DNA from: Anthoceros angustus
Taxonomy: Eukaryota; Plantae; Anthocerotophyta
DNA: 64,000 bases
Direction: 5' to 3'
Assembly: GCA_010909165.1 (NCBI GenBank)
Contig: VJWM01000003.1
Location: forward strand, 248,001-312,000
Shown: positions 24,801 through 36,800 of the stretch, in pieces
Layout of the letters: every line of letters starts with the position of its first letter
Numbering within the stretch: the stretch's first letter is position 1
Notes under the pieces: model-generated
What the model was told of the DNA's origin: nothing
What the model saw: only the letters and a program-made list of their open reading frames with translations
The model's database searches: none
Program-made: the position numbers and the translations under genes

Positions 24801-26573
24801 GAAGACGGCGCCCAATGATCTTCCGAACCTCTTTGGTTGATTATGTGCCCGGCATCCATTTTCCCAGACGCTAACATCCCTTCAGCAGCATAAACTGGGA
24901 CTCCTTGTTCTGGTCGCTTCGCCTCGGCTGGATGCGGCAAGATGGACTCCCAATTCGGTAGCACCTCAGTGGGGGCTTTGGGGAAAGAAAATCGAACCAT
25001 AGGACGTTTGAGGAAACGGTGCCTCAGGGCGCCAGAAGCCGAAGGCCTACTATCATCACCAAGACTGGGCCAAACCAGCTCATCCTCGAAACGTGTTTCC
25101 TGCAGTAAGGCCTTCGCCAGCTCCCAGCCAGCACCATTATCCGCATCCAGAATCGCAAAGTCATCTTTGTGAATCCTAGCCTGTTCTCGCCAAACGTCCA
25201 GGTCATAATCTGCACGCTTCAGCTCCAGGTTGAAGGCCTGAAGTCCCACGTCACTGCGAAGAGGCTTCAAGCAGAGCTGCAGGAAAACAAGGCCAGTGGA
25301 ATACAGGTCGAATCTGTCCGGGTGTTGAGAAGCCACAAAACTGGGGAAATCAAGGAACAGAGAGGATCAGGAGGAAGCTGAGGAGTAGTCGTTGGCATCA
25401 CATACTGCTCAGGGCAGCATAGATCGGATCTATAATTGACTCCTTCGGATGATAATTGTAGCCCGACCGCAGATCAACACAAGCCCCCAGATCGATCAGC
25501 GTGAATACTCCTTTCTCCTGATCTAGCACCAGGTTCAAAGGCTTCACATCCCTGTGCACCACACCCGACGAATGTAGCTCATGCAGACTTGTCAAGATCT
25601 GGCTCATCACTTTCCTCACGACGGCAGACTCAAACTCCACAACCTCTTCCCTCGAAAACCCCCTCCCCTCAACAGCCTCCGCCCCGAGAACCGCCTCTGC
25701 TACGTTCTCAGGAAAGTTCCGCTGCCTCATGTAATGCTGCAAAGTCCGATCCCCCTGATACCGCCACACCAGCCACAACCCCTCCGTCAGGCGTCCTTTC
25801 ACCTGATCCGCACTCACGTGCATAGCCCCAAGGTACTCCGCACAAGCCTTAGGAGCGGTCCGCTTCACCCGTTGATTCATATGCATTTCCGCATCGTGCA
25901 CCTCACAGGCTCCCTCCACCTTAGCCTTCACCTTCTTCAACACCACATGAAGCCTATCCTTCTGCCGTTCCTTCTTTCTTCCCTACATATCCTTCGTACA
26001 CCACACCGAACGACCCCTCCCCTAGCTGCCGTCCCAGCTCCACCTGAGAGCACCAAAAACACATCCATCAGCTACTCCAAAACCGCAGCCTCCACAACAA
26101 CTCCACAATCTCACACACAAAATTGCAGCATTCATCCACAGTCTTCCCACGGCATTGTCTCATCCCAGACAGGGACAGGGAACTTGTAGCACCTCCTCCG
26201 CCGAGAAAACTGCGTGCTTTCGGGAATGGATCGGCTGGTAGACGAAATCCAGCAGCCCGGACACGCTCCCAGGCCTGGCAGTGGCGTACCACAGCACGGC
26301 TGGGACAATCAACGAGGTGCCCCATCCCACGGCACCGATCTCCGCAGCTCCCCGCACCAGGCTCTCCACCGCCTCCCCCGCGGCCGCTACAGCTCTGGAT
26401 CGCTTCCAGGGATCGGCGCAGGGTCTGGCGCCAGATCGGAGACCCCGAGGCGGCAGCTGCGGGAGGAAGGAGGACCGCAGCATGGCTGGACTGGCAGAGG
26501 CGCTCCTCAGGCACGTCGATGGTGTGGACGCAGCCGCTGCTGCTGCTGCCGCCTCCGCTGCCATCGCTGCCAT
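21809..26573 (-). CDS. Chloroplast STN7/STN8-family Ser/Thr kinase with long C-terminal extension (about 930 aa once the 1.83-kb internal duplication is collapsed)
   Basis: Exon 1 (26573-26193) encodes an A/S/R-rich transit-peptide-like region plus hydrophobic WYATARPG..GLLDF. Intron 26192-26044. Exon 2 has LGEGSFGVVY, VVLKK, VHRDVKPLN, IDLGACVDLRSG.NY, YAAPEQYVMP and SPVLW..N.PDRFDLYS. The two duplicated copies carry complementary indels whose consensus is one intact ORF. Confidence 0.85.
22413..26093. repeat. Direct tandem duplication D1 (22413-24258 = 24259-26084) inside the kinase gene
   Basis: Near-identical copies. The 9-bp microhomology GCAGCCTCC occurs at 22413, 24259 and 26085. Confidence 0.95.
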
Positions 26574-28159
26574 AGCCAGCCGCTCCGTCCAGCACCCGGC
26601 CCGCGCTTTTCCGGATTTTGCAAGTCTCCACTTGGCTCCTGGACGATATCGACCTGGTGAGGTAGATAGAGATGCCCCGCCGCGTGGGCAGCCTACCATG
26701 GTTTGAATTTTGGTTTGCGACAGATTTTTGGACGACAGATACTACATAAAATCTCCATTCCTCGAAAGGTGGATATAAAGTTCTGACGTTCTGACGTTCT
26801 GACGTCAGCGACTCAGCATACATTCGTTTTTCCGGAAACGTAAGTCATCGCTCCAAATGCTACACTAAAGAGTAGGCTGTACATTTAAGCTACTGCCCTA
26901 CAAGATCCAATTCTAAGTCTCCATGCTTAATGTTAGAATCAAAAGGTTTACATTTTATATAATTCATTTAATTATTTTAAAATAAAATAAAATTGATTTT
27001 AAATTATACTACGGATCTATAAATTGGATCAATACATAACTAAATTTTAGGTTCTTGTTAGGCTCTTTCATTAGTGTGTAGTATATAATGGGTTATGAGC
27101 ATATCCTTTGTACCTACATTGTTGTAAGTCCTTTGTGGCCCCTAATTCAGCTAAGAACTATAAAGCTTAAACCTTCGATGACTGCAGGGCCCTATATGGC
27201 AAGAATGGATATCAACAATTATAAATAAAAACCGAGTTTGAACTCCAAACATTGAATTTTAATTTTGAGTGTTGCGTATGCAATTTGATATATAAGCCCC
27301 TCACTCTAACTCTTCTTTTATCATCCATCTTAATATAGGTCACTAGGTGGGTTATGTTGTTGGAAATGATTCCACAAAACACATAAATATTACACCATCG
27401 ACGTCATATGTTGCCCCACTACTACAAAGGAGGGCAACATACTTATAACACACCCTATAAATCTACATTTTTGTCATGATTTGTACCCTCTACCTCATTG
27501 AAGTGAGCCATTTGCGAGCGGAAAGCAGATGAATGTTGGGAGCCGCAGGCGAGCATATATGAGGGGACTTGGGTTAGCCTATCGGTACATAGTCAATGAT
27601 ATTCACTTGTGAATATTAATCTTTTCTTCACTCTAACCACCATTTGTTGTAAAGGGCACCACGAGCTTATTGAAATTGTGACCTTGAATCCATGGCCCTC
27701 AAAATGCATTCCTATGCATAAAACGAGTCTTTGCAATCGGGCCCCATTGAATTTTGGTCCTTGGACCTAAGTTCCTCCTCGACAACCACAGCTACAATAT
27801 GGTCCTTGGTAACATACCCATTGTTATCCTCTCCTCCCTTATCCCTTGAGATTCGGCGCCCAAGAGTATTTTACTCTTTTTTCTCCCTTGGTTGGTTGGC
27901 CTTAACATGCCAAACTCCCTTGAGGAGGCCTCATTGCTCTCCTTGGACTTGGGATTCTTCTTCTTCGTGGCCTGAAGCTTTGAGACTTGGGCCTCTCCTT
28001 TGGCCTTGGTCCCCTCTCTAGGCCTCAATTGTTGGGACTTGGGCCTCTTCTTTGGTCTTGGGCCCCTCTCTACGCCTCAAGCCTTGGGTCTTGGGCCTCT
28101 CCTTTAATCTTGGGCCCCTCTCTTGGCCTCAAGCCTTGAGCACACTCTTCAAGCTCCAC

Positions 28160-28400
28160 CTTAGCAAGCCTAGCATCTCCTTAGCCAGCTTAGCATCTCC
28201 TTAGCAAGCCTAGCAAGCTTAGCACACTAAGCCTAGCACAGCCTAGCATTGCCTAGCACATTTAGCACACTAGTACGCCTAACAAGCCTAGCACACTAAG
28301 TCCTAATAAAATACACTATAATATGCAAAAAATATGCACGCCTAACAAGCCTAGCACACTAAGTCCTAATAAAATACACTATAATATGCAAAAAATATGC
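28160..28400. repeat. (C/T)TAGCA-type minisatellite plus ~60-bp tandem pair (second copy ~35430-35670)
   Basis: TTAGCAAGCCTAGCA reiterations, and GCCTAACAAGCCTAGCACACTAAGTCCTAATAAAATACACTATAATATGC twice in tandem. Confidence 0.85.
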
Positions 28401-28879
28401 TAAAGCATATTACTTGTGCTTATCCACTTAGCTATTGCTAACCATATTTAATTAATACTAATCAATGCTTAAATAACATAAGCACTGTAGATTGATTAAC
28501 GCTAATTATTTAGTGAAAGATAACTAAATAGATTAATTAATGCTAATCAAACACTAAACTCAAGTGCAGAGATTAGTGTAACATGGCATGACAAGGATGA
28601 TAACGTACGTGTACTCATGGAGGAGGATTATGGATGCACACTGGAGAAGTCAGAATATGTATACGAGAGGAGGATTGCGTATAGATGGCGGAGGAATAGG
28701 ATTATGTATGTGCATCGACAGAGGAGGATTACGTATTCATCATTGGAAATGGGTTATGTTCGTATAGCGAGTACATGTGGAGGAGGATGATACACATGCC
28801 TGGTTACTCAACTCTAATAATTTCTCTAGATTTTAATAATATTAAATTTTGGAGTGAAGAAATAAAATAAATCGAATAG

Positions 28880-29310
28880 TAATTGAACCCTAGAAGTAAA
28901 ATTTGAACTTAAAATTTAATATATTTAACTTTTAAATTTTAATAGTAAAATATTCAATATTAGAACCCATATCATCATTAAACCCTAAAGACTTTGAAAT
29001 TCAAACTTAAAACATAACAGTTGCAACCTCATAAACACCAATAGACACTTAAAATATAATAATTGTACCTCATTAAACCCTAGGATACTTAAAATTTGAA
29101 CGTAAAATATAGTACCTACTTGGAGGTTTAGGAGACTTGAAATTTAAACTTCAATTATAATAGATGGCTGTCTCAAACCTATGACATCCCGTGAGGAGAC
29201 TTTGAAATTTAAATTTGTAATATAATATCCGCCACCTCATTAAACCCAATAAGACTTTGAAATGTAAATTTATAATATAATAATAGCCACCTCATGAAAC
29301 CCCATGAGAC
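28880..29310. repeat. AT-rich ~45-60-bp tandem repeat containing telomere-like TAAACCCT (second copy ~36135-36560)
   Basis: CCTCATTAAACCC..AGACTTTGAAAT..AAA..TATAATA units recur about seven times. Confidence 0.8.
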
Positions 29311-29579
29311 TGGCTCCAAGGTAGCACCGGTACAGACCTTTTACATTATTTCTAATTAATAAAGCAGCTCTTGGACTCCAACCCGCACACAGCACAACCG
29401 GGCTATGCAAGTTGCCGACCAACTCACGAAGCACAACCGTGTACCGACCAACTCACGAAGCTGATTTCCATACAAGAAGCTTGTTCATTTATAAATATAT
29501 TCAAAACCTTTAAACATCATTGAAAACACCGTGTCTCCCCTCCGCGAGGTTGTAGCCCATGCGCGTGGAGGAGAGGTGC

Positions 29580-29812
29580 GCCATCTTGCCGCGCGATCCT
29601 TTGGGGACGGTGGGAGCTCATTACAGAGCTTGCAATTCAGCGGGGATGGGGAGGCACGGATCCTTGGGGGAGAGTGGGAGCTCATTATGAAGCTTGCAAT
29701 TCATCTTGCCGCGCGATCCTTGGGGGACGGTGGGAGCTCATTACAGAGCTTGCAATTCAGCGGGGATGGGGAGGCACGGATCCTTGGGGGACAGTGGGAG
29801 CTCATTATGAAG
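29580..29812. repeat. Higher-order tandem repeat: four ~60-bp monomers arranged as 120-bp dimers (second copy ~36810-37045)
   Basis: GATCCTT(G)GGG..GTGGGAGCTCATTA....GCTTGCAATTCA at 29596, 29660, 29716 and 29780 with alternating linkers. Confidence 0.88.
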
Positions 29813-32800
29813 CACCAGAGATCTTGGGTGCGAGTGTGCCGCTTAGATATGGCGGCTTCGGTGAAGGGAGCACTAGATCCTGCTGATTTGCACCTACCTG
29901 CTGATTGTATGTTGTTGATTTTTTAAAGGTATTGGGTTGATGACTTGTTTCCTTGGATATGCGGTGATTTGACCTCTTCTTTGTGTCCAACTCTCCGGAT
30001 AAGCTTCAAGCTAGTAGGGTTGCAGGATGAGAATGGGCGCCATCACAGTTGTGACTTTGAGTAGGTTATGTTGTTATGCATATGGGAGCCATAGTCTTGC
30101 TTTCCACTATGCTGAAATTGTATGCTATCCTTCAGCCTTGTGCATTTGCTGTTGCCTTGGAATCTAGCACAAATGTGCTTGTGATGTGTGTGTAGAGTGG
30201 CATGCCTACTATTTTGTTTGTTGTTAATTGCCTGCGTAGAACCAATAACGAGTTCATGATCTCTTTGCAGCTTCTAAGAAGTGGGGGGAGGAAGACGGAC
30301 AATGGCAAGGGCCGCAGCCATGAGAAAAAAGACGTAACGGTGAGCTTTGGCATGAACGAGTTCTTAAGTTTTTGTGCTTGAATTCTAGATCTCATGTAGT
30401 TGTGCTTCTATTATAGATTTCAAGTTGTTGTGTGTGTAAGCTCACGTTTTTGTGCTCCTGTACTCTTAAGGGGAAAGCAACAGAGCCTGGTGGACCAAAA
30501 CCCAAAAGATCCAAAGGCCAAAGGTTCTTTTTGTGTGAGGTGTTTCAGCTTATTATATTTGCAGAAGTCACATGAGAGCTAATTGGGAGAGTGTTTGGGT
30601 GGTGCACCCTACGTAGGGCATGGCACTCCCTCTGGGGAGGAGGTGCACCCTCGGAGGCAGTGTAGGCGGAGGGTCCGGACAGTTAAGGTAATGTAGGGTG
30701 ACAAGGGTGACCCTACATAGGTAGGGCAGGGATCCCTACATGTATGTATGTGGGTAGGACAATGCGTGTACGTATGTGGGTAGGACGTGTCGTGAGATGT
30801 AGGGTGACCAGGGTGGCCCTACATGGGTAGGATGTAGGGTAGCAGGGCTCCCTACACCCTCTCGTAGGGAGTGGTGAGGTCTCCCGTGGGGAGTGGTGAG
30901 GACTCCCTACGTGGGCGGAGGTGGTGTCAAGGAATCGGCGGCCTATATGGGAGTTTCACTATCACTACCAAAGGGCCATGCAAAGGGCCATGCAAGGGGT
31001 GTGTAGGGAGTGACACCTAGGAAACTGCGAGGAATCGCTGGAAGAGCTTGTGCATGCAAGGGAAAGCTAGGGCAAGGACTTGGTGAGAACGCGGTGCCCA
31101 TGTGTGCAAGGAGAAGAAGGTATCGTGCATAAGGAGTTGTGTGTGAAGGTTTGAGCACTTAGCAGAGAGCGTGAAGCTGAATTTTTGTGCCTAGGACCTT
31201 GCAAGAGGCGGTGCTGAATTTTTGTGCCTAGGACCTTGCAAGTGAGGGATTTGGGCGAGGCGTATGCTTTGAGGGACATCAAGTCGAGCTAGGTGGGACT
31301 GTGGAGTGAAGAGAAAGTAAGTGGAAAGGGTGAAGTTGCTCTCTTGGTGGATTTTGTGTGGCGGTGAAGGAGCACTAGATCCTGCTGATTTGCACCTACC
31401 TGCTGATTGTATGTTGTTGATTTTTTAAAGGTATTGGGTTGATGACAGCTTGTTTCCTTGGATATGCAGATGCAGTATTGCAGCCTCTTCTTTTGTGTCC
31501 AACTCTCCGGATAAGCTTCAAGCTAGTAGGGTTGCAGGATGAGAATGGGCGCCATCACAGTTGTGACTTTGAGTAGGTTATGTTGTTATGCATATGGGAG
31601 CCATAGTCTTGCTTTCCACTATGCTGAAATTGTATGCTATCCTTCAGCCTTGTGCATTTGCTGTTGCCTTGGAATCTAGCACAAATGTGCTTGTGATGTG
31701 TGTGTAGAGTGGCATGCCTACTATTTTGTTTGTTGTTAATTGCACATAGAACCAATAACGAGTTCATGATCTCTTTGCAGCTTCTAAGAAGTGGGGAGGA
31801 AGGCGGACAATGGCAAGGCGTGACCATGAGAAAAAAGACGTAGCAGTGAGCTTTGGCATGAGAGTTCTTAAGTTTTTGTGCTTGAATTCTAGATCTCATG
31901 TAGTTGTGCTTCTATTATAGATTTCAAGTTGTTGTGTGTAAGCTCACGTTTTGTGCTCCTACTCTTAAGGGAAAGCAACAGTGGACCAAAACCCAAAAGA
32001 TCCAAAGGCCAAAGGTTCTTTTGTGTGAGGTGTTTGACATTATATTTGAAGTCACATGAGAGCTAATTGGGAGAGTGTTTGGGTGGTGCACCCTCGTGGG
32101 GCATGGCACTCCCCTCAGGGAGGAGGTGCACCACGCGGAGTGTGTAGGCGGAGGGTCCGGACAGTTAAGGTAGTAATGTGACAAGGGTGACCCTACATAG
32201 GTAGGGCAGGGATCCCTACATGTATGTATGTGGGTAGGACAATGCGTGTACGTATGTGGGTAGGACAGTGCGTGACAGAGATGTAGGGTGACCAGGGTGG
32301 CCCTACATGGGTAGGATGTAGGGTAGCAGGGGCTCCCTACACCCTCTCGTAGGGAGTGGTGAGGTCTCCCTACCGTGGGGAGTGGTGAGGACTCCCTACG
32401 TGGGCAGCGGAGGTGGTGTCAAGGAATCGACGGCCTATATCAGGGAGTTTCACTATCACTACCAAAGGGCCATGCAAAGGGCCATGCAAGGGGGGTGTGT
32501 AGGGAGTGACACCTAGGAAGCCTGCGAGGAATCGCGCGGAAGAGCTTGTGCATGCAAGGGAAAGCTAGGGCAAGGACTTGGTGAGAACGCGGTGCCCATG
32601 TGTGTGCAAGGAGAAGAAGGTATGCGTGCATAAGGAGTTGTGTGTGAAGGGATTTGAAGCACAACTGTGAAGAGGGCAGCGAAGCTGAATTTTTTGTGCC
32701 TAGGACCTTGCAAGAGAGGGCAGCGGTGCTGAATTTTTGTGCCTAGGACCTTGCAAGTGAGGGATTTGGGCGCATCGTGTATCTTTGTGAGGACATCAAG

Positions 32801-33605
32801 TCGAGCTAGGTGGGACTGTGATAAGAGAAAGTAAGTGGAAAGGGCTGAGTTGCTCTCTTGGTGGATTTTGTGGCGAGTGAAGAAAGCTTGCAATTGTGTG
32901 TAGAAACCGAGGTGACAACTAGGTAGAAACGAGCAAGTGGGTGTGCCCAAGCTTGTCTCGTTTGTGCGGAATATCTTGAAGGGTGCAAGATGGTGGCGCA
33001 CCTAAGAAGGGCAAGCTAGTTGCTAGGGAGCTAGGAGAGAATGCAGATGCCCAATTTAATTGCTTCCCCTGCAGTGGAGGCTAGGCACTTGGTGACATTC
33101 GAGGGTTTCTTTGGAGAGCCCAGCAACAATTGCAATGGGTGTATGGCATCGCCTATGTCAACTTGGAGATGATAGAGGAATGATTTATAAACTTCACTAT
33201 GCCACGGCAGGAACTTGAGGAACTGGAAAATAGGGATGCAAGGATTGATCCAGGGTGCTGGACAGCCCAACACATCCGACAGGTATATGGAAGGCCGTAG
33301 AGGATGACTCGGAGGAGGAAGAGGAAGGCATGGAGCAAGATCCGCCTACGGGAGACCTTCTTGCAGTGGAGAGTGTGGAGGCAGTAGGGCCATAAGAAGT
33401 TGACCCTACGTCGTAGGAGGTGTAGAGGTGGCCCTACATCCGTAGGATCACCGAGGCGGTCTGACGGCGGGTAGATGCAGCGGAGGTAATTGAAGGGGTT
33501 GGTGGTAGCTTGGGTGTGGGGGCTCATTGCTTGGGGATAGGACAATGTGAGGAGGCTGCGATACTTGTAGATGGAGTGCAAACCACGGGAAGAGGATGGG
33601 TCTCT

Positions 33606-33814
33606 TCTCCACCACTCCCTGCGGCCGCTACAGCTCTGGATCGCTTCCAGGGATCGGCGCAGGGTCTGGCGCCAGATCGGAGACCCCGAGGCGGCAGCTG
33701 CGGGAGGAAGGAGGACCGCAGCATGGCTGGACTGGCAGAGGCGCTCCTCAGGCACGTCGATGGTGTGGACGCAGCCGCTGCTGCTGCTGCCGCCTCCGCT
33801 GCCATCGCTGCCAT
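33606..33814 (-). pseudogene. Truncated second copy of kinase exon 1 (5' part only), created by duplication D2
   Basis: Essentially identical to 26363-26573 (MAAMAAEAAA..RSRAVAAA), then runs into repeat DNA. Probably an assembly artefact. Confidence 0.7.
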
Positions 33815-36800
33815 AGCCAGCCGCTCCGTCCAGCACCCGGCCCGCGCTTTTCCGGATTTTGCAAGTCTCCACTTGGCTCCTGGACGATATCGACCTGGTG
33901 AGGTAGATAGAGATGCCCCGCCGCGTAGGCAGCCTACCATGGTTTGAATTTTGGTTTGCGACAGATTTTTGGACGACAGATACTACATAAAATCTCCATT
34001 CCTCGAAAGGTGGATATAAAGTTCTGACGTTCTGACGTTCTGACGTCAGCGACTCAGCATACATTCGTTTTTCCGGAAACGTAAGTCATCGCTCCAAATG
34101 CTACACTAAAGAGTAGGCTGTACATTTAAGCTACTGCCTACAAGATCCAATTCTAAGTCTCCATGCTTAATGTTAGAATCAAAGGTTTACATTTTATATA
34201 ATTCATTTAATTATTTTAAAATAAAATAAAATTGATTTTAAATTATACTACGGATCTATAAATTGGATCAATACATAACTAAATTTTAGGTTCTTGTTGG
34301 CTCTTTCATTAGTGTAGTATATAATGGGTTATGAGCATATCCTTTGTACCTACATTGTTGTAAGTCCTTTGTGGCCCCTAATTCAGCTAAGAACTATAAA
34401 GCTTAAACCTTCGATGACTGCAGGGCCCTATATGGCAAGAATGGATATCAACAATTATAAATAAAACCGAGTTTGAACTCCAAACATTGAATTTTAATTT
34501 TGAGTGTTGCGTATGCAATTTGATATATAAGCCCCTCACTCTAACTCTTCTTTATCATCCATCTTAATATAGGTCACTAGGTGGGTTATGTTGTTGGAAA
34601 TGATTCCACAAAACACATAAATATTACACCATCGACGTCATATGTTGCCCCACTACTACAAAGGAGGGCATACTTACTCTTTCACCCTATAAATCTACAT
34701 TTTGTCATGATTTGTACCCTCTACCTCATTGAAGTGAGCCATTTGCGAGGCGGCAGAATGAATGTTGGGAGTCAGCAGCGACATATGAGGACTTGGGTTA
34801 GCCTATGAGTACATAGTCAATGATATTCACTTGTGAATATTAATCTTTTCTTCACTCTAACCACCATTTGTTGTAAAGGGCACCACGAGCTTATTGAAAT
34901 TGTGACCTTGAATCCATGGCCCTCAAAATGCATTCCTATGCATAAAACGAGTCTTTGCAATCGGGCCCCGGCTGGAATTTGGTCCCTTGGACCTAAGGAT
35001 TCCTCCTCAGCTTAACCCTGGCTACAATATGGTCCTTGGTAACATACCCATTGTTATCCTCTCCTCCCTTATCCCTTGAGATTGGCCCAGAGTATTTTAC
35101 TCTTTTTCTCCTTGGTTGGTTGGCCTTAACATGCCAAACTCCTTGAGGAGGCCTCATTGCTCTCCTTGGACTTGGGATTCTTCTTCTTCGTGGCACAAGC
35201 TTTGAGACTTGGGCCTCTCCTTTGGCCTTGGTCCCCTCTCTAGGCCTCAATTGTTGGGACTTGGGCCTCTTCTTTGGTCTTGGGCCCCTCTCTACGCCTC
35301 AAGCCTTGGGTCTTGGGCCTCTCCTTTAATCTTGGGCCCCTCTCTTGGCCTCAAGCCTTGAGCACACTCTTCAAGCTCCACCTTGGCTTTAGAGAGCCAC
35401 TTGCCTACTTGCTTAAAGAGCGAGCATCGCATAGCATCACCTTAGCAAGCCTAGCATCTCCTTAGCCAGCTTAGCATCTCCTTAGCAAGCCTAGCAAGCT
35501 TAGCACACTAAGCCCAGTGCCCTAGCATTGCCTGACATTTAGCACACTAAATGCGCCTAAAGGCCCTACACTAAGTCCTAATAAAATACACTATAATATG
35601 CAAAAAATATGCGCCTAACAAGCCTAGCACACTAAGTCCTAATAAATACACTATAATATGCAAAAATATGCTAAAGCATATTACTTGTGCTTATCCACTT
35701 AGCTATTGCTAACCATATTTAATTAATACTAATCAATGCTTAAATAACATAAGCACTGTAGATTGATTAACGCTAATTATTTAGTGAAAGATAACTAAAT
35801 AGATTAATTAATGCTAATCAAACACTAAACTCAAGTGCGTAGATTAGTGTAACATGGCATGACAAGGATGATAACGACGTGTACTCATGGAGGAGGATTA
35901 TGGATGCACTGCGGAGAGTCAATATGTACGAGAGGAGGATTGCGTATAGATGGCGGAGGAATAGGATTATGTATGTATGCATGTAGGAGGATTACGTATT
36001 CATCATTGGAAATGGGTTATGTTCGTATAGCGAGTACATGTGGAGGAGGATGACACATGCAGTTACTCAACTCTAATAATTTCTAGATTTTAATAATATT
36101 AAATTTTGGAGTGAAGAAATAAAATCGAATAGTAATTGAACCCTAGAAGTAAAATTTGAACTTAAAATTTAATATATTTAACTTTTAAATTTTAATAGTA
36201 AAATATTCAATATTAGAACCCATATCATCATTAAACCCTAAAGACTTTGAAATTCAAACTTAAAACATAACATGGTGCAACCTCATAAACACCAATAGAC
36301 ACTTAAAATATAATAATTGTACCTCATTAAACCCTAGGATACTTAAAATTTGAGCGTAAATATAGTACCTACTTGGAGGTTTAGGAGACTTGAAATTTAA
36401 ACTTCAATTATAATAGATGGTCGTCTCAAACCTATGACATCCGTGAGGAGACTTTTGAAATTTAAATTTGTAATATAATATCCGCCACCTCATTAAACCC
36501 AATAAGACTTTGAAATGTAAATTTATAATATAATAATAGCCACCTCATGAAACCCCATGAGATTTGGCTCCAAGGTAGCACGTCTGGACCTTTTACATTA
36601 TTTCTAATTAATAAAGCGACTCTTGGACTCCAACCCTTACGGCCCGGGCTATGCAAGTTGCCGACCAACTCAAACTGTGTGTCACCAACTCACGGTGATT
36701 TCCATACAAGAAGCTTGTTCATTTATAAATATATTCAAACCTTTAAACATCATTGAAAACACGTGTCTCCCCTCCGCGAGGTTGTAGCCCATGCTTGTGG

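Noticed and set aside
24259-26084. Second, paralogous STN kinase gene or tandem-kinase fusion
   Set aside because: Nearly identical to 22413-24258 apart from small indels. There is only one 5' exon and one 3' end, and the consensus is a single gene.
27340-27420. Possible Ulp1/C48 protease remnant (VDGVIFMCFVESF, - strand) suggesting a MULE
   Set aside because: The catalytic DCG is absent and the flanking His/Trp motifs were not found. Too weak to call.
30030-30050. TGGCGCC as an LTR primer-binding site
   Set aside because: No extended tRNA complementarity, no adjacent CA-ended LTR and no gag/pol.
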